Assembly: GCA_030018135.1 (NCBI GenBank)
Contig: JASEGJ010000006.1
Span: 1 to 50,942 of the forward strand
Source of the DNA: Candidatus Hodarchaeaceae archaeon
Lineage (GTDB): Archaea > Hadarchaeota > Hadarchaeia > Hadarchaeales > Hadarchaeaceae
Direction: 5' to 3'
DNA length: 50,942 bases
Shown here: in pieces, positions 1 to 11,176 of the stretch
Layout of the letters: the number at the start of each line of letters is the position of its first letter
How positions within the stretch are numbered: the first letter of the stretch is position 1
Position numbers and translations under genes: made by a program
The notes under the pieces: model-generated
The model's input: the letters and a program-made list of their open reading frames with translations, nothing else
Told to the model about the DNA's origin: nothing
Database searches by the model: none

Positions 1-100
1 GCTTGCATGAATAGTCATCAACGGCAAAAACAAAGGAATTTTGCACACCCCTATAACAAATTTTTATTTAAGGATTTGTGATAAAAAAGACGCGGTGCTT

Positions 101-1303
101 ATGAAGGCGGCGTTCATAGACTGCAGCACGGCGGGCATCTCGGGCGACATGTTGACAGCGGCGCTCATCGACGCCGGCGCCCCCGCCAAAAAGGTCAAAA
201 CGGCGATGACGACCGCCGGAAAACCCTTCGGCGGCGTCAAGGTCTCGATGAAACATGTAAACGTGAGCGGTATCGGAGCTACTCGCATGGACGTGGTGAC
301 AAGCGATGAAGGAGGGCGCGGCTACTTCGATATCGTCGGGCAACTGGAGGAACTCATCCTGCCGGAGAGGGTCAGGGCCGCATCCCTGAAGGCGTTGGCC
401 GTCCTCGCCCGCGCCGAGGCCAAGGTCCACGGCGAGGAACCCGGGCACCTCATTTTGCATGAAGTTGGTGCCGCCGACGCGATCGCCGACATAGTCGGCT
501 GCTGCACGGCTGCGCATGAGCTGGGGCTGTTCGACCGCGAGGTTCTGGCGAGCGAGGTCGCCGTGGGCGGGGGCGTCGCAGTCATCGGTCATGGCAAGAT
601 CCCGCTGCCGGCGCCGGCCGTCCTCGAAATTCTGAAAGGGGTGCCCATTCGCGGCAAGCCGATCGACGCCGAGCTGACCACGCCCACCGGAGCCGCCCTG
701 CTGGTCGCGCTGACGGACCGCTTCGTCCCAACTTTCCCCTCGATGCGGGTCGAGGCCGTAGGCTATGGCGCCGGCGCTAGAAGGCTGAGGGAGGTCCCAA
801 ACGTCGTGCGCGTCTGTTTGGGTGAGGTGAGCGGGCGGGCACCGGAGCTTCAGGAGATCGGCTTGCTCGAGACGAACGTGGATAACGTTTCCGGTGAGGT
901 CATCGGCTACGCCATGGAAAAGCTGTTCGCGGAAGGCGCCTTGGACGTGAGCACGACGCCCATGGTGATGAAAAAGGGCAGGCCCGGATTTTTGATCCGC
1001 GTCGTGGCCAAGCCGGGTGATGTCGAACGGCTGGCGCGAGTGCTCATGTTGCAGACCGGAACGCTCGGCGTGCGCGTGCTGCCCGTTGCGCGCTACGTGC
1101 TGGAGCGCGAGAGTTCGTCGGTCAAGGTCTCAATCGGCGGGCGGAAGTTTAATGCCCGCGTGAAGGTCGCGAGGGAGCGCGGCAGGCTCGTGGGTTTTTC
1201 CGCGGAGTACGAGGATGCCAAAAAGATCTCCGAAAAAACAGGCATCCCGTTGCGCGATGTCGTTAACCGCATAGAAGAGGCCGCCAGACGTAAGGTAAAG
1301 TAG
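101..1303 (+). CDS. larC: Nickel pincer cofactor biosynthesis protein LarC
   Basis: N-terminal DCSTAGISGDMLTAALID, HEVGAADAIADIVG, ELTTPTGAA, ETNVDN and MKKGRPG motifs; ATG at 101 preferred over the track start at 41. Confidence 0.9.
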   Translation: MKAAFIDCSTAGISGDMLTAALIDAGAPAKKVKTAMTTAGKPFGGVKVSMKHVNVSGIGATRMDVVTSDEGGRGYFDIVGQLEELILPERVRAASLKALAVLARAEAKVHGEEPGHLILHEVGAADAIADIVGCCTAAHELGLFDREVLASEVAVGGGVAVIGHGKIPLPAPAVLEILKGVPIRGKPIDAELTTPTGAALLVALTDRFVPTFPSMRVEAVGYGAGARRLREVPNVVRVCLGEVSGRAPELQEIGLLETNVDNVSGEVIGYAMEKLFAEGALDVSTTPMVMKKGRPGFLIRVVAKPGDVERLARVLMLQTGTLGVRVLPVARYVLERESSSVKVSIGGRKFNARVKVARERGRLVGFSAEYEDAKKISEKTGIPLRDVVNRIEEAARRKVK

Positions 1304-1380
1304 GCTTCCGCGTTGGGCGTTTTCCCTTTAAAAATGACCCGCTATCAAAATTGAGCCGGTGGTGGAGGTGGGGGGCAAAA

Positions 1381-1839
1381 ATGTCCCGCGGGCTGGCCCT
1401 TGCGTTTCTTGCGCTCGTTTTCGCCCTAGCTTTGGTCGCGGTAAAGTACCCCCAGCTTCCCTGGGGCTCGCGCGAGCCAAACATCGAAAAGTTGGGGGTG
1501 GTCGCGAGTGTGCTGGATGGCGATACCATCGTCATCGGCAGCGGCGAGCGCGTGAGGTTGGTCGGGATCAACGCCCCTGAGCTGCATCCGGAACCGCAAC
1601 CAGGGGCCTTGGAGGCCAAGCGATTCGTCGAGAACCTTTGCCCGCCGGGCACGGAAGTTGGCCTCGACATCGACGACATGAGGCCGAGGGACAAATACGG
1701 TCGAACGCTGGCGGTAGTTTACGTGAGGGTGGACGGCTCCTGGGTTAATTTGAACGCGGAGCTGTTGCGCAACGGCCACGCGGAGGTGCTGTACTTCTCG
1801 CCCTCGGAATTCAATCCGTATCGATGGCTGAAAAATTAG
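1381..1839 (+). CDS. Membrane-anchored thermonuclease (SNase-like)
   Basis: N-terminal hydrophobic helix; VLDGDTI, VRLVGINAPE and DKYGRTLA motifs. Confidence 0.9.
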   Translation: MSRGLALAFLALVFALALVAVKYPQLPWGSREPNIEKLGVVASVLDGDTIVIGSGERVRLVGINAPELHPEPQPGALEAKRFVENLCPPGTEVGLDIDDMRPRDKYGRTLAVVYVRVDGSWVNLNAELLRNGHAEVLYFSPSEFNPYRWLKN

Positions 1840-2018
1840 AGTTGATGCCCATCGAGCTGAGACACCCCGGACCCGCCCTCTGGCTTTTTGGGATTTTCAG
1901 GATTCGCGGTGACCGGGGACCATCCGCGGGAAGTCGCACGTCAGCGGTAGCATCTCGATGCGTCAGAGCGATTCATGGATAGGGTCAAAAGGGTTGAAGG
2001 ATCTCTGAGTATGGGAAG

Positions 2019-2774
2019 TTGAAGGGGGAAACAGGCTTGATAGTTGAGGAACTTTTGGATTCCCTAGAAGGAAAGCTAAAGGAGAGGAGGGCAAGGGATG
2101 TCAGGATAGGGCTCAGCTACACGGGGGTCCTCCTGGACGACGGCAACTTGGGCCTGGCCTACTGCTTCAGGGAGGAAGCTGCGCAGTGCTGCGAAGCGTC
2201 CGAGAGGGCCGGCGGACTCGAGGGAGGCGCTTGGGAGTTGGCGAGGCTCTCCCTCGCTCCGGGCGCCGTGGACTCCTCCGTCGGCGTGGCGACCCTGAAC
2301 GCCGTCGCTAATCATGATATCGAGGGCGAGGAGGGCGATATCTTAGACTTCCTCAGCCTTAGGGAAGGCGACGAGATCGGCATGGTCGGGGACTTTAGGC
2401 CCATCGCCGAGAAGCTGAGGGAGGAGGGCCACAAGTTCTACATATTCGAGAGATGGCCCAAGCGCGATGATGTATACCCTGACTGGGCAGCCGAATACCT
2501 CCTGCCGAAGATGTCCGTCGCGTTGATCACGGGGACGGCGGTCGTAAACAAGACCATAGACCACCTGCTGGAGCTGGCGAGGGGTGCGAGGGAGATCGCG
2601 GTGCTGGGGCCCTCCACGCCGTTGGCCGGTGAGATCTTCCGAAGGCATGGGGTGACGTTGCTGAGCGGGGTGGTGGTGGAGGATTCCGAGAGGGCTTTGA
2701 AGATAATAAGCCAGGGCGGTGGGGCGAGGAAGCTCAAGGAAGCTGCAAGGAAGGTTACTTTGGACCTGAGGTAG
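2019..2774 (+). CDS. DUF364/DUF4213 Rossmann-like protein (putative heavy-metal chelation family)
   Basis: SVGVATLNA, MVGDFRP, ITGTAVVNKTIDHLL and LGPSTP motifs. Confidence 0.8.
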   Translation: MKGETGLIVEELLDSLEGKLKERRARDVRIGLSYTGVLLDDGNLGLAYCFREEAAQCCEASERAGGLEGGAWELARLSLAPGAVDSSVGVATLNAVANHDIEGEEGDILDFLSLREGDEIGMVGDFRPIAEKLREEGHKFYIFERWPKRDDVYPDWAAEYLLPKMSVALITGTAVVNKTIDHLLELARGAREIAVLGPSTPLAGEIFRRHGVTLLSGVVVEDSERALKIISQGGGARKLKEAARKVTLDLR

Positions 2775-2901
2775 CCTGCGCGGCGGCCGAGCGAGCGCGC
2801 CTCTATGGCACTGCACAGCTGTGCACTAAAATTGAGCCTAGCTTAGGGCAAAAAAATGTGGAGCTAGATGCTAGATACGTGCGCTTTCGATACAACAATT
2901 T

Positions 2902-3984
2902 TTAGTCTGATTTAATGTGTCCGATGATCTCCTCTGCCATCTCCTTCGTCCCAACGGCGGATGGGTCTTCGGGGTTCTCTTTGAGGTCATAGGTCACGTA
3001 TTTGCCCTCGGCGATCACCTTGGCCGTGGCATTTTCGAGCCTCTTGGCGGCGTCCTCCTCCCCTAGGTGACGTAGCATCATGACCCCGGAAAGGATCGCC
3101 GCAGTCGGGTTCACCTTGTTTAAACCGGTGTATTTTGGGGCACTGCCATGGGTCGGTTCGAAGAGGGCGATTTCGTCGCCGATATTCCCCCCTGGGGCCA
3201 AGCCAAGTCCCCCAACGAGACCGGCGCATAGGTCGGACAGGATATCGCCGTACAAATTCGGCGTGATGATGACATCATAAGCCTCTGGCTTCTGCACGAG
3301 TTGCATGCACATGTTGTCCACTATTCTGTCCTCGAACTCGATATCGGGAAACTCTTGCGCCAACCCGCGGGCCGCTTCAAGGAAGACGCCGTCTGAGTAC
3401 TTCATGATATTTGCCTTATGCACGGCTGTGACCTTCCTTCGCCCGTTTTTGCGAGCGTACTCGAAGGCGAAGCGCACAATCCTTTCGGAGGCGAAACTCG
3501 AAATGGGTTTTAAGCTTATGCCTGAGTCAACTCGAATGCTCATATTCTTTTTTTTCTTTACGAATTCTATGAACTCTTTAGTATCAATAGCTCCCCGCTC
3601 GAATTCTATGCCGGAATAAAGATCCTCGGTGTTTTCGCGCACGACGACGAGGTCCACACGCTTGTACTTCGAGCGCGCTCCTGGATATAATTTACAGGGG
3701 CGCACGCAGGCGTACAAGTCGAGTTCCTTTCTGAGGGCGACATTGACGCTTCTAAATCCCGAGCCAACGGGTGTCGTTATCGGCCCTTTCAAAGCAACTT
3801 TGTTTCTGCGGATTGATTTAAGCACTTCATCTGGTAGCGGCGTGCCATATTTTTCGATGACCCCGGCCCCGGCCTCTTTTATTTCCCATTTGATCGGCAC
3901 CCCGGTTGCTTCGATGCACTTTCTCGCAGCCCCTATGACCTCCGGGCCCACCCCATCGCCCGGAATTAGGGTAACATTGTACAA
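2902..3984 (-). CDS. Isocitrate/isopropylmalate dehydrogenase family protein, probably isocitrate dehydrogenase
   Basis: [43 protein letters not shown] and FEPTHGSAP motifs; TTG start at 3984 behind AGGTGGG. Confidence 0.85.
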   Translation of the reverse strand: MYNVTLIPGDGVGPEVIGAARKCIEATGVPIKWEIKEAGAGVIEKYGTPLPDEVLKSIRRNKVALKGPITTPVGSGFRSVNVALRKELDLYACVRPCKLYPGARSKYKRVDLVVVRENTEDLYSGIEFERGAIDTKEFIEFVKKKKNMSIRVDSGISLKPISSFASERIVRFAFEYARKNGRRKVTAVHKANIMKYSDGVFLEAARGLAQEFPDIEFEDRIVDNMCMQLVQKPEAYDVIITPNLYGDILSDLCAGLVGGLGLAPGGNIGDEIALFEPTHGSAPKYTGLNKVNPTAAILSGVMMLRHLGEEDAAKRLENATAKVIAEGKYVTYDLKENPEDPSAVGTKEMAEEIIGHIKSD

Positions 3985-4030
3985 CTTCCCACCTTTATCC
4001 GCAAGTTTCCATCTTCTTTCCAATTAATTT

Positions 4031-4537
4031 CTATGGAGCCCATTTGAACCTTTTCCATTTTTTGAAATGCTCGACAAGCCCCCCATCTTTGAGTATCTCT
4101 AGTAAAAACGTCGGCAGCTGCCTCGTATTGAATGTCTTCTTTTTGCTTACATTTTTCACGATGCCCTTTTCGAGGTCGACCTCGAGCAAGTCTCCAGCGT
4201 CGGTTTCGCTGAAAATTTCCTCGCTCTCCATTACTGGTAGTCCAACGTTTATCGCGTTCCTGTAGAAGATCCTAGCAAAGGATTTCGCCACTATGCAGCC
4301 GATCCCGAGATGCTTGAGCACGAGGGGGGCTTGCTCCCTGCTCGACCCACAGCCAAAATTTTCTCCCGCCACTATGATGTCTCCATATCTTACTTTCTTG
4401 GCGAAATCTGGGGCAATGCTTTCCATTGCATGTTTTGAGAGTTCCTCCAAATTCAGCGTCCTAAACTTGTATTTTCCGGAGATTATCGCATCCGTGTTCA
4501 CCGAATCGCCGAATTTCCACGCATGCCCCCGGATCAC
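4031..4537 (-). CDS. Aconitase-family dehydratase small subunit (LeuD/HacB type)
   Basis: [23 protein letters not shown] and [14 protein letters not shown] motifs. Confidence 0.9.
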   Translation of the reverse strand: MIRGHAWKFGDSVNTDAIISGKYKFRTLNLEELSKHAMESIAPDFAKKVRYGDIIVAGENFGCGSSREQAPLVLKHLGIGCIVAKSFARIFYRNAINVGLPVMESEEIFSETDAGDLLEVDLEKGIVKNVSKKKTFNTRQLPTFLLEILKDGGLVEHFKKWKRFKWAP

Positions 4538-4541
4538 CCCA

Positions 4542-5798
4542 TCACCTCATGAGCTTTCTTGGGTCAATTATCTTTCCAGCTACGGCAGAGGCGGCAGCGG
4601 TGAGAGGGGATGCCAAATAAATCTTGGCCTTCTCGCTACCCATTCGCCCGAGGAAATTGCGGTTCGATGTCGCGACGCAGACCTCGCCCGGGCCTAGAAT
4701 GCCGATGTGCCCACCCATGCACGGACCGCAACCCGGTGAGCAGATTATACATCCAGCATCGATGAAAGTTTTTATCAGGCCCTCCCCCATCGCTTGGAGG
4801 TAAACCTTCCTCGAGGCGGGGACGACCAACATTCTCGTGCCCTCCTTCACCTTTCTCCCCTCGAGCATCGATGCGGCCGCCCTCAAATCCTCGATCCTGC
4901 CATTCGTGCAGCTGCCGAGGAAAACCTGATCTACATCAACACCCTCGATCTCGCCTACAGGACTGACGTTGTCAACAGCCTGAGGTTTTGCAACTTGCGG
5001 CTCGAGTTCGCTGACATCGAAATCGAGGACATCGCCGTACTTTGCATCTTCATCGCTAGCGATAAGGGGAAATTTACCCCCCACCTTACCTTCCAGATAT
5101 TCCTTCACTTTTTCGTCCGGTGCTATGATGCCCGTCTTCGCCCCCATCTCGACCGCCATGTTGCAAAGGGTCATCCTGCTAGCAATGCTCATTTTCTTTA
5201 CCGTTGGACCACAAAATTCCATGGCCTTATACGTTGCCCCGTCCGCTTTCACCTTTCCGATGACATGTAAAATAACGTCCTTCGCCATAGCTCCTTTCGG
5301 CAAGCGCCCCCGTATGTTGCACCTGATCGTTTCGGGTACTTTGAACCAAAGTTTACCCGACAGGAAAACCGCGGCCATTTCGGTGGAGCCTATCCCCGTC
5401 GCGAGAACTCCGAGCGCGCCGTAGGTGCAGGTGTGCGAGTCCGCTCCGACAATAACCGAGCCGGGCTTCACAAAACCTTCCTCGGGCAACACTTGGTGGC
5501 AGATGCCGGCGCCCACATCGTACAATTTTACTTTTTGTTCTAGGGCGAATTCTCGCATCAGTTGATGAAGTTGAGAGGTACCTTCAGATGTGCTTGGGGC
5601 AACGTGGTCGATGATGAGTACGATCTTTTTCTGATCCCAAACTCTCTTGCCACCCATCTCTCGGAATGCCTTTATCGCCAGCGGAGCCGTGCCGTCCTGA
5701 GCCATGGCTAAGTCAATTGGAGCGACGACGATATCCCCAGCTGATACCTCGCGGCCCGACGCCGAGCTTAGGATTTTCTCGGTTATAGTTTTGCCCAA
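4542..5798 (-). CDS. Aconitase-family dehydratase large subunit (LeuC/HacA type)
   Basis: [38 protein letters not shown] and [10 protein letters not shown] motifs; probable TTG start at 5798. Confidence 0.9.
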   Translation of the reverse strand: MGKTITEKILSSASGREVSAGDIVVAPIDLAMAQDGTAPLAIKAFREMGGKRVWDQKKIVLIIDHVAPSTSEGTSQLHQLMREFALEQKVKLYDVGAGICHQVLPEEGFVKPGSVIVGADSHTCTYGALGVLATGIGSTEMAAVFLSGKLWFKVPETIRCNIRGRLPKGAMAKDVILHVIGKVKADGATYKAMEFCGPTVKKMSIASRMTLCNMAVEMGAKTGIIAPDEKVKEYLEGKVGGKFPLIASDEDAKYGDVLDFDVSELEPQVAKPQAVDNVSPVGEIEGVDVDQVFLGSCTNGRIEDLRAAASMLEGRKVKEGTRMLVVPASRKVYLQAMGEGLIKTFIDAGCIICSPGCGPCMGGHIGILGPGEVCVATSNRNFLGRMGSEKAKIYLASPLTAAASAVAGKIIDPRKLMR

Positions 5799-5875
5799 AT
5801 TTTTGCCCCACGAGTTATGAAATTTTCTTGCCTTATCCTCCATCGTGCTAAAAGCTTTTTGGAGGGAGTTCAGCT

Positions 5876-7189
5876 CTATGATATTTCGAAACCAACTTTG
5901 CGCGCATATTGCTTGAATTCCTCATCCCTTATCGGATATCTCCTCTCGCCGGTAACGAATTTATTTTTGATCATTTCTACGAGTCGACCGAGTCTGGGGT
6001 CATCCTCGTCTATTTTTTGTCCCGTGAACTCCTCGAGTTTGAGCTTTACCCCATGCTTCCCAGATCTCTGTCCAACCACTATTATTCTCTTTTGTCCCAC
6101 GAGTTCCGGCGGGAATGGCTCGTATGTCAACGACAGACTCATTATGCCATGCACGTGTATCCCGGATTCATGGGCGAATGCAGCGTCCCCAACTATTGCT
6201 TTGTTCAGAGGTAGGTGATACCGCAACGAGGAAGCGAGGAGCAAGGCCAGCTCCCGGAACGGACGCATGTTCCACTTGTCGATATCGTGGTGAATGTAAC
6301 AGTTCAAAATGACCTTTTCCGTTTCAGCATTTCCGGCTCTGTCGCCGATCCCAAGAAAAGTCGTGCTCGCGTAGATTTTATCATACAGCCCAGCTGCCCA
6401 TCTGATGGCCGCCATGGTATTTTCGACAGCGTTGCCCAAATCATCGTGCGCGTGAATCTCGACGCACGGGATCTTGGTCTCCCTTCTTATGTGCCTGATT
6501 TTAGCTGGAATTCCATTCGGCATTAAGGCGCTTGGGTCGGACAACCCGCAACCAACTGTGTCGCAAATACGGTAGACGCTCGCGCCGGCATCCGCTACCG
6601 CGTTGATGAACGTCCTCTCGAATTCCCACTCCGCCCGCGTGCTGTCTTCGCCGTGCACAAAAACCTTCAACCCGTGCTCGACGGCATAGCTAACCGTGTC
6701 GACCACCCTTTCGATGAGCTGTTGCGGCGTCTTATCCAGCCATTTTTCAAAGTGAATGAAGGAAACGGGGTGAGAGATGCCAACCTGTTTGAAATCCAGT
6801 TGCAGAGCGGCATCAATATCTTCCTTGGTTGCTCTGCACCACGCCGCCAGCATGTCCTCTAGCCCCTCATCACGCATGAGTTTTATCGATTCTTGGTCTG
6901 ACTTCGTGTAGGTGAGCACCTCGAGCCTCTCAATACCGATGTCCCGAAGCATGCAGGCGATTTTGCAGGCATCGGACGGATGCGGGCTAACGAGCCCCGC
7001 CATCTGCAGCCCTTCTCGGAGGGTGGTATCATCTATTACTACGTCGACATTGAGCGGTACCGGCTTGTACACGACTTTTCTGAGCTTTTCCCATTTCTCC
7101 TTGTCGAATTCAGGCGGGCTCAAGTCCTTTATTTTTTGTAATTGTTCCCGCCTCGCCCTTTCCATCGCGTCGATTTCCATTTTTCTCAA
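5876..7189 (-). CDS. DRE-TIM metallolyase (Re-citrate/homocitrate synthase-like) without a C-terminal regulatory domain
   Basis: DTTLREGLQ, HAHDDLG, GIGDRAGNA and FAHESGIH motifs; alternative start ATG at 7180. Confidence 0.8.
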   Translation of the reverse strand: MRKMEIDAMERARREQLQKIKDLSPPEFDKEKWEKLRKVVYKPVPLNVDVVIDDTTLREGLQMAGLVSPHPSDACKIACMLRDIGIERLEVLTYTKSDQESIKLMRDEGLEDMLAAWCRATKEDIDAALQLDFKQVGISHPVSFIHFEKWLDKTPQQLIERVVDTVSYAVEHGLKVFVHGEDSTRAEWEFERTFINAVADAGASVYRICDTVGCGLSDPSALMPNGIPAKIRHIRRETKIPCVEIHAHDDLGNAVENTMAAIRWAAGLYDKIYASTTFLGIGDRAGNAETEKVILNCYIHHDIDKWNMRPFRELALLLASSLRYHLPLNKAIVGDAAFAHESGIHVHGIMSLSLTYEPFPPELVGQKRIIVVGQRSGKHGVKLKLEEFTGQKIDEDDPRLGRLVEMIKNKFVTGERRYPIRDEEFKQYARKVGFEIS

Positions 7190-7503
7190 TCCTTTCCTTG
7201 ATATGTGACCCGTTATATATACGGCAAAGCTTGCTAAAGCGATGCTTCTCTTAGGGCCCGTTTTCCTGTGAACCCCATACTATTTACCTTTATGCGTCGC
7301 TCGCCCTGCGCTCAACCTCGAACTTGGCTTTAAGCTCAGCGGGGCGGGATGTCCTCGACGGCATATGGCGAACCTAAAGGGGCTTACTATACGATCAATC
7401 GTGGGACGACGATCGACCGTCGATCTGCTGAGTCTGACCTTCAAACGCAATGTAGACGCCGCTGCGGCTCCAACTGAGCCCTTCCGTCGCCAATCCTACA
7501 GGC

Positions 7504-8379
7504 CTAAGAGACAGCCCCCGCCAAAAATGCCAGCATACCAAATCCCATGGCGACTTTGCACAGGAGGGAAGCTAGACCAGCCGAGCGGGATTTTTGACTT
7601 CTCGCTATTGCCACGGATGCCGCGATGAATGCAAGTACGGAAACTGCCACGATCGCGAGGTAAACTGCCCCGAACGATCCGAGCGCGTACGGCATGGGCG
7701 ACAGGATCAAAGCCGCCGCTATGAATGCGATCGCGAGCGATGCAGCCGCGCGAGCTCCGTGGTGCAGGGGGAATGTTTTCAGCCCAATTTTGCGGTCGCC
7801 GCGCATGTCCTCGATGTCCTTGATCAACTCTCGCCCCACGGTTGACAGCGCCGCCATCGCGGCGAGGATGCCGACCGCACGCAACTCGCCGACGGCTAGG
7901 CTGAGGACTCCGACCCTCTCGATTTCACTCACGACCAGCCCACCGAAGAGGAAAGTCGAACCGACGAGGTAGCCGACAATCAGGTTGCCGATCAAGCCAT
8001 GACGCTTCAACTCAGCCGCGTAAAGGGCCAGCACGACGGAATTCACGATCGCCAGCACGATGCATGGCATGCCGAGCGGAATGATAAGGATTATCCCTGC
8101 TATAAACAGGTTCCTTCCCATCGCCAGAACTTGTCTTGCGCCCAGCCTGCCCGACGGTATGGGCCGCTCCGGTCTGTTTATCGCATCTATCCTACGGTCG
8201 CAGTAGTCGTTGATCGCATTCCCGCCGGCGCATATAACCGCCGCCGCGGCAAATGCGAATGCTGTCGCCAACCAGGGCGGGCTGCCGCCTGTCGCGATGA
8301 TCACGCTGACGAGCACCGCTAGGCCAGCGAGCAAGCAATTGTGCGGTCGAACCAACTCGAGCGCGGCTGGAAGGCGCAC
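7504..8379 (-). CDS. Digeranylgeranylglyceryl phosphate synthase (UbiA family)
   Basis: LVRPHN, NDYCDRRIDAINRPERPIPSG and RELIKDIEDMRGD motifs; multiple TM helices. Confidence 0.88.
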   Translation of the reverse strand: MRLPAALELVRPHNCLLAGLAVLVSVIIATGGSPPWLATAFAFAAAAVICAGGNAINDYCDRRIDAINRPERPIPSGRLGARQVLAMGRNLFIAGIILIIPLGMPCIVLAIVNSVVLALYAAELKRHGLIGNLIVGYLVGSTFLFGGLVVSEIERVGVLSLAVGELRAVGILAAMAALSTVGRELIKDIEDMRGDRKIGLKTFPLHHGARAAASLAIAFIAAALILSPMPYALGSFGAVYLAIVAVSVLAFIAASVAIARSQKSRSAGLASLLCKVAMGFGMLAFLAGAVS

Positions 8380-8480
8380 GGCACCACCTTATAAATTACT
8401 TTCGGTGACCTCTCTCCCCTAAAGACGCTTAAATACCCTATTCCATCCTCTCAAGCGGAGAGTGATTTGGAGCGGATGAG

Positions 8481-9653
8481 ATGATGCTCAAAAGTCTTCC
8501 AGATGTAGCCAACCGAGGGGATCTGGAGCTTACCCTAGCTGAAATAGTGGGGAAGATCAGGGAGCAAGAGGTGAAGCGGCGTAGGGTGGCTGAGTTGATC
8601 AAAGTGTTGAAAGACGGCGTCGCACTCGCGAGAATAAACGAATCCAAGCTAGGGGGAATTGTCGAACGGAGGTTCTCCGTCAGGGTCGAGCCCGATGGCC
8701 TCGTGAACGCGACCACGATCGGAGTCGATGGAGGTGTGCTGGCCAGGCCCCTTCATGGGCTTGATCTGATTTTAACGCGTGCGGTCGCGGCAATTTTTAA
8801 CTACCGAAGTGGCGCGCTCTTTTCGGCCGATTATTACCCGAACGATATGCCCGAACCGAGGCTGACGCCGATAACCGAGCCGCTCGATGCCCGCGAGTTA
8901 GAGCTGGTCGTCGCGATGGAAAGGCAGCTGGAGGAACTCAAGCTCGCTGCATCCGCAATCGGCGTTTGCGATGCTGACATACTGCTCTTGGACGGCTCAG
9001 TGGTGCCGCAGTACATCGACCGCTTTCCGCATAGCAAGAAGGTGCTCGAGCTTCACCGCGCGTTGATAGATGCGTATCTGAACCTCTACGAGGGATGCGC
9101 TAGATCAGATACCTTGCTCGCGGGCGTGGTGAAGGACAGCAGAGGCGCTCGCTTTATCGAGATACTTATGCAGGCGTTGCCCAGCGTCCTCGAGGGGCAG
9201 GGCTTAACGCGCGACGATGCCTCGACGCTGGCGGCGAACAGGGATGTGCTCGCGAACTCGAGGGATACCGTTTTCCTCGACCACGTACTTGAGACGGGGG
9301 AGCGGAGTTCCATATTCAAATACGCCGACACCCCCTCCGTGCTCCGAGATCTCGGCGAGTGGGGTCAGCGAGTGCACGCCTTTTACCTCAAGGCCGTGCC
9401 GTACGATTGCCCGTTGCGGATAGAGTTCGTGAATGGAGGCGAGGACCTCGTGCCAACGGCCGAGCGCGTCGCGTCCCTCGTGTATGCGCTGTCGTCCTAC
9501 CACGACGCCTACGGCCTGCCTTCGGTGCTGATCGAGGCCGATGCGCGCGCCCACCTGTACGAGGAGGATCTAGATATAGTGCGGGATAGCATAGCAGATC
9601 GCCTCGGGATGTCGACCTCGCTCGACCTGAGGCGGCAGAGGAGGCCGTTCTGA
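8481..9653 (+). CDS. nurA: NurA nuclease
   Basis: GVDGG, LLLDGS, GVVKDS, LRIEF and YGLPSVLIEADARA motifs; translationally coupled to herA; start uncertain. Confidence 0.88.
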   Translation: MMLKSLPDVANRGDLELTLAEIVGKIREQEVKRRRVAELIKVLKDGVALARINESKLGGIVERRFSVRVEPDGLVNATTIGVDGGVLARPLHGLDLILTRAVAAIFNYRSGALFSADYYPNDMPEPRLTPITEPLDARELELVVAMERQLEELKLAASAIGVCDADILLLDGSVVPQYIDRFPHSKKVLELHRALIDAYLNLYEGCARSDTLLAGVVKDSRGARFIEILMQALPSVLEGQGLTRDDASTLAANRDVLANSRDTVFLDHVLETGERSSIFKYADTPSVLRDLGEWGQRVHAFYLKAVPYDCPLRIEFVNGGEDLVPTAERVASLVYALSSYHDAYGLPSVLIEADARAHLYEEDLDIVRDSIADRLGMSTSLDLRRQRRPF

Positions 9654-11176
9654 TGGCGGTTGAACTTGGTAGCGTGATATGCACGGGCGACGGGCCATCG
9701 TCCAGCGAGTTTTCCTTCGTCGTCACCGCGGACGGACGAATTCCGGCTCGCCGCGGCCAGTTCGTCGAGCTCGAGACGGAAGAGGGTAGGGTCGTAGCGT
9801 TCATCACCCGCATCATAAAGACCAACCGCTACTTCATGCGTCCGGAGTCGGTCAAGGAGTACGAGAGGGGAGGCAGATCGCTGGCGTCGATTTTCCCGGC
9901 CGACCGCTGGGAGTACCTCATCGCGGATGCTCGAACCTTGGGCGTGCTGGCTGAAAACGGCCTTGAACGGGCCAGTTTTCCACCCTCGCCTGGGCAGAAA
10001 GTCTATGAAGCCGAGCCCCCGACCCTCGCGCGTTTCCTCGGGCTAAACTCAAGCAATGGGATCGAGATCGGCGAGCTCAAGCATCATAACGTACCTGTGA
10101 GGCTCGACCTCACGAAGCTGCTCCGCAAGCATGTGGCGGTGCTCGCCGTGAGCGGTGCCGGAAAAAGCTTCACCTCAAGCGTGATCATCGAGGAGCTGCT
10201 CGACCGACCGCCGGGGGCGGGGCGCGTGGCCGTCGTCGTCATAGATGTCCACGGAGAGTACACGGGCTTTGCCGAGCCGGGCGAAGGGGTCAACTACTCG
10301 GGTCGTACCGCCGTGATTCGAGCCAAGGATATGCGCGTGGGCGTGCCCAACCTGAGTTCATTGCAGTTCAAGGAATTCGTGCCGGATATGTCGGAGGTGC
10401 AGGCGCGCGAGCTCCAGCGGGTGTTGGATGAACTCCGCGCGGAGATGAGGTCCGGCAGGGGGCCGTTCGGGCTGAATGAGGTGATCGCCCGGGTCGAACA
10501 AAACGGCGACCTCCACAGGCAAATGCAGCAAGCGTTGCTCGGCTGGCTGTTCGACCTCCGCTCGCTGGGTATATTCGACCGCGCCGACTACCCCAGTTGG
10601 GAGGGCATCGTGGAGCCAGGCAAAGTGGTGATAGTCGACCTGAGTGACATGACCAGCCTGCGGAAGAAGCAGATGCTCGTGGCGTACGCGGCGCGAAAGC
10701 TGTTCAACGCACGCAAGCGCGGCCGAGTGCCACCTTTCGTGCTCTGCTTGGAGGAGGCGCATAATTTTGTCCCGAGTGAGGCGGCGATCTCAAAACATAT
10801 AATCGAGACTATCGCGCGCGAGGGGCGCAAATTTTATGCGTCGCTTGTGCTCATAAGCCAGCGCCCGGTCAGGCTCTCGACCACCGTGCTATCGCAGGCA
10901 AATACTAACATCATCCTTCGGGTCACGAATCCCTACGATTTGGAGCACATCAAGCAGTCGTCGGAGGCGATAACCAGCGAGGTCGCTGACATGGTCTCCT
11001 CGCTCCCCGTCGGAGAGGCGCTCGTCGTGGGCGAGGCGGTCAACCACCCGATATTTGTCAAGGTCAGGTGCCGCCGCTCACACGAGTCGACGCATGGCAC
11101 CAGCTTGGAGGAGGCCGCAAAGGAGTTCGAGCGAAGGAGCAATCAAGCGCGCGAGGATGCTAAAGCATTCTCGTAG
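9653..11176 (+). CDS. herA: HerA helicase/ATPase
   Basis: N-terminal HAS-barrel-like region, Walker A AVSGAGKS, IDVHGEY, LEEAHNF, REGRKF and SQRP motifs. Confidence 0.9.
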   Translation: MAVELGSVICTGDGPSSSEFSFVVTADGRIPARRGQFVELETEEGRVVAFITRIIKTNRYFMRPESVKEYERGGRSLASIFPADRWEYLIADARTLGVLAENGLERASFPPSPGQKVYEAEPPTLARFLGLNSSNGIEIGELKHHNVPVRLDLTKLLRKHVAVLAVSGAGKSFTSSVIIEELLDRPPGAGRVAVVVIDVHGEYTGFAEPGEGVNYSGRTAVIRAKDMRVGVPNLSSLQFKEFVPDMSEVQARELQRVLDELRAEMRSGRGPFGLNEVIARVEQNGDLHRQMQQALLGWLFDLRSLGIFDRADYPSWEGIVEPGKVVIVDLSDMTSLRKKQMLVAYAARKLFNARKRGRVPPFVLCLEEAHNFVPSEAAISKHIIETIAREGRKFYASLVLISQRPVRLSTTVLSQANTNIILRVTNPYDLEHIKQSSEAITSEVADMVSSLPVGEALVVGEAVNHPIFVKVRCRRSHESTHGTSLEEAAKEFERRSNQAREDAKAFS

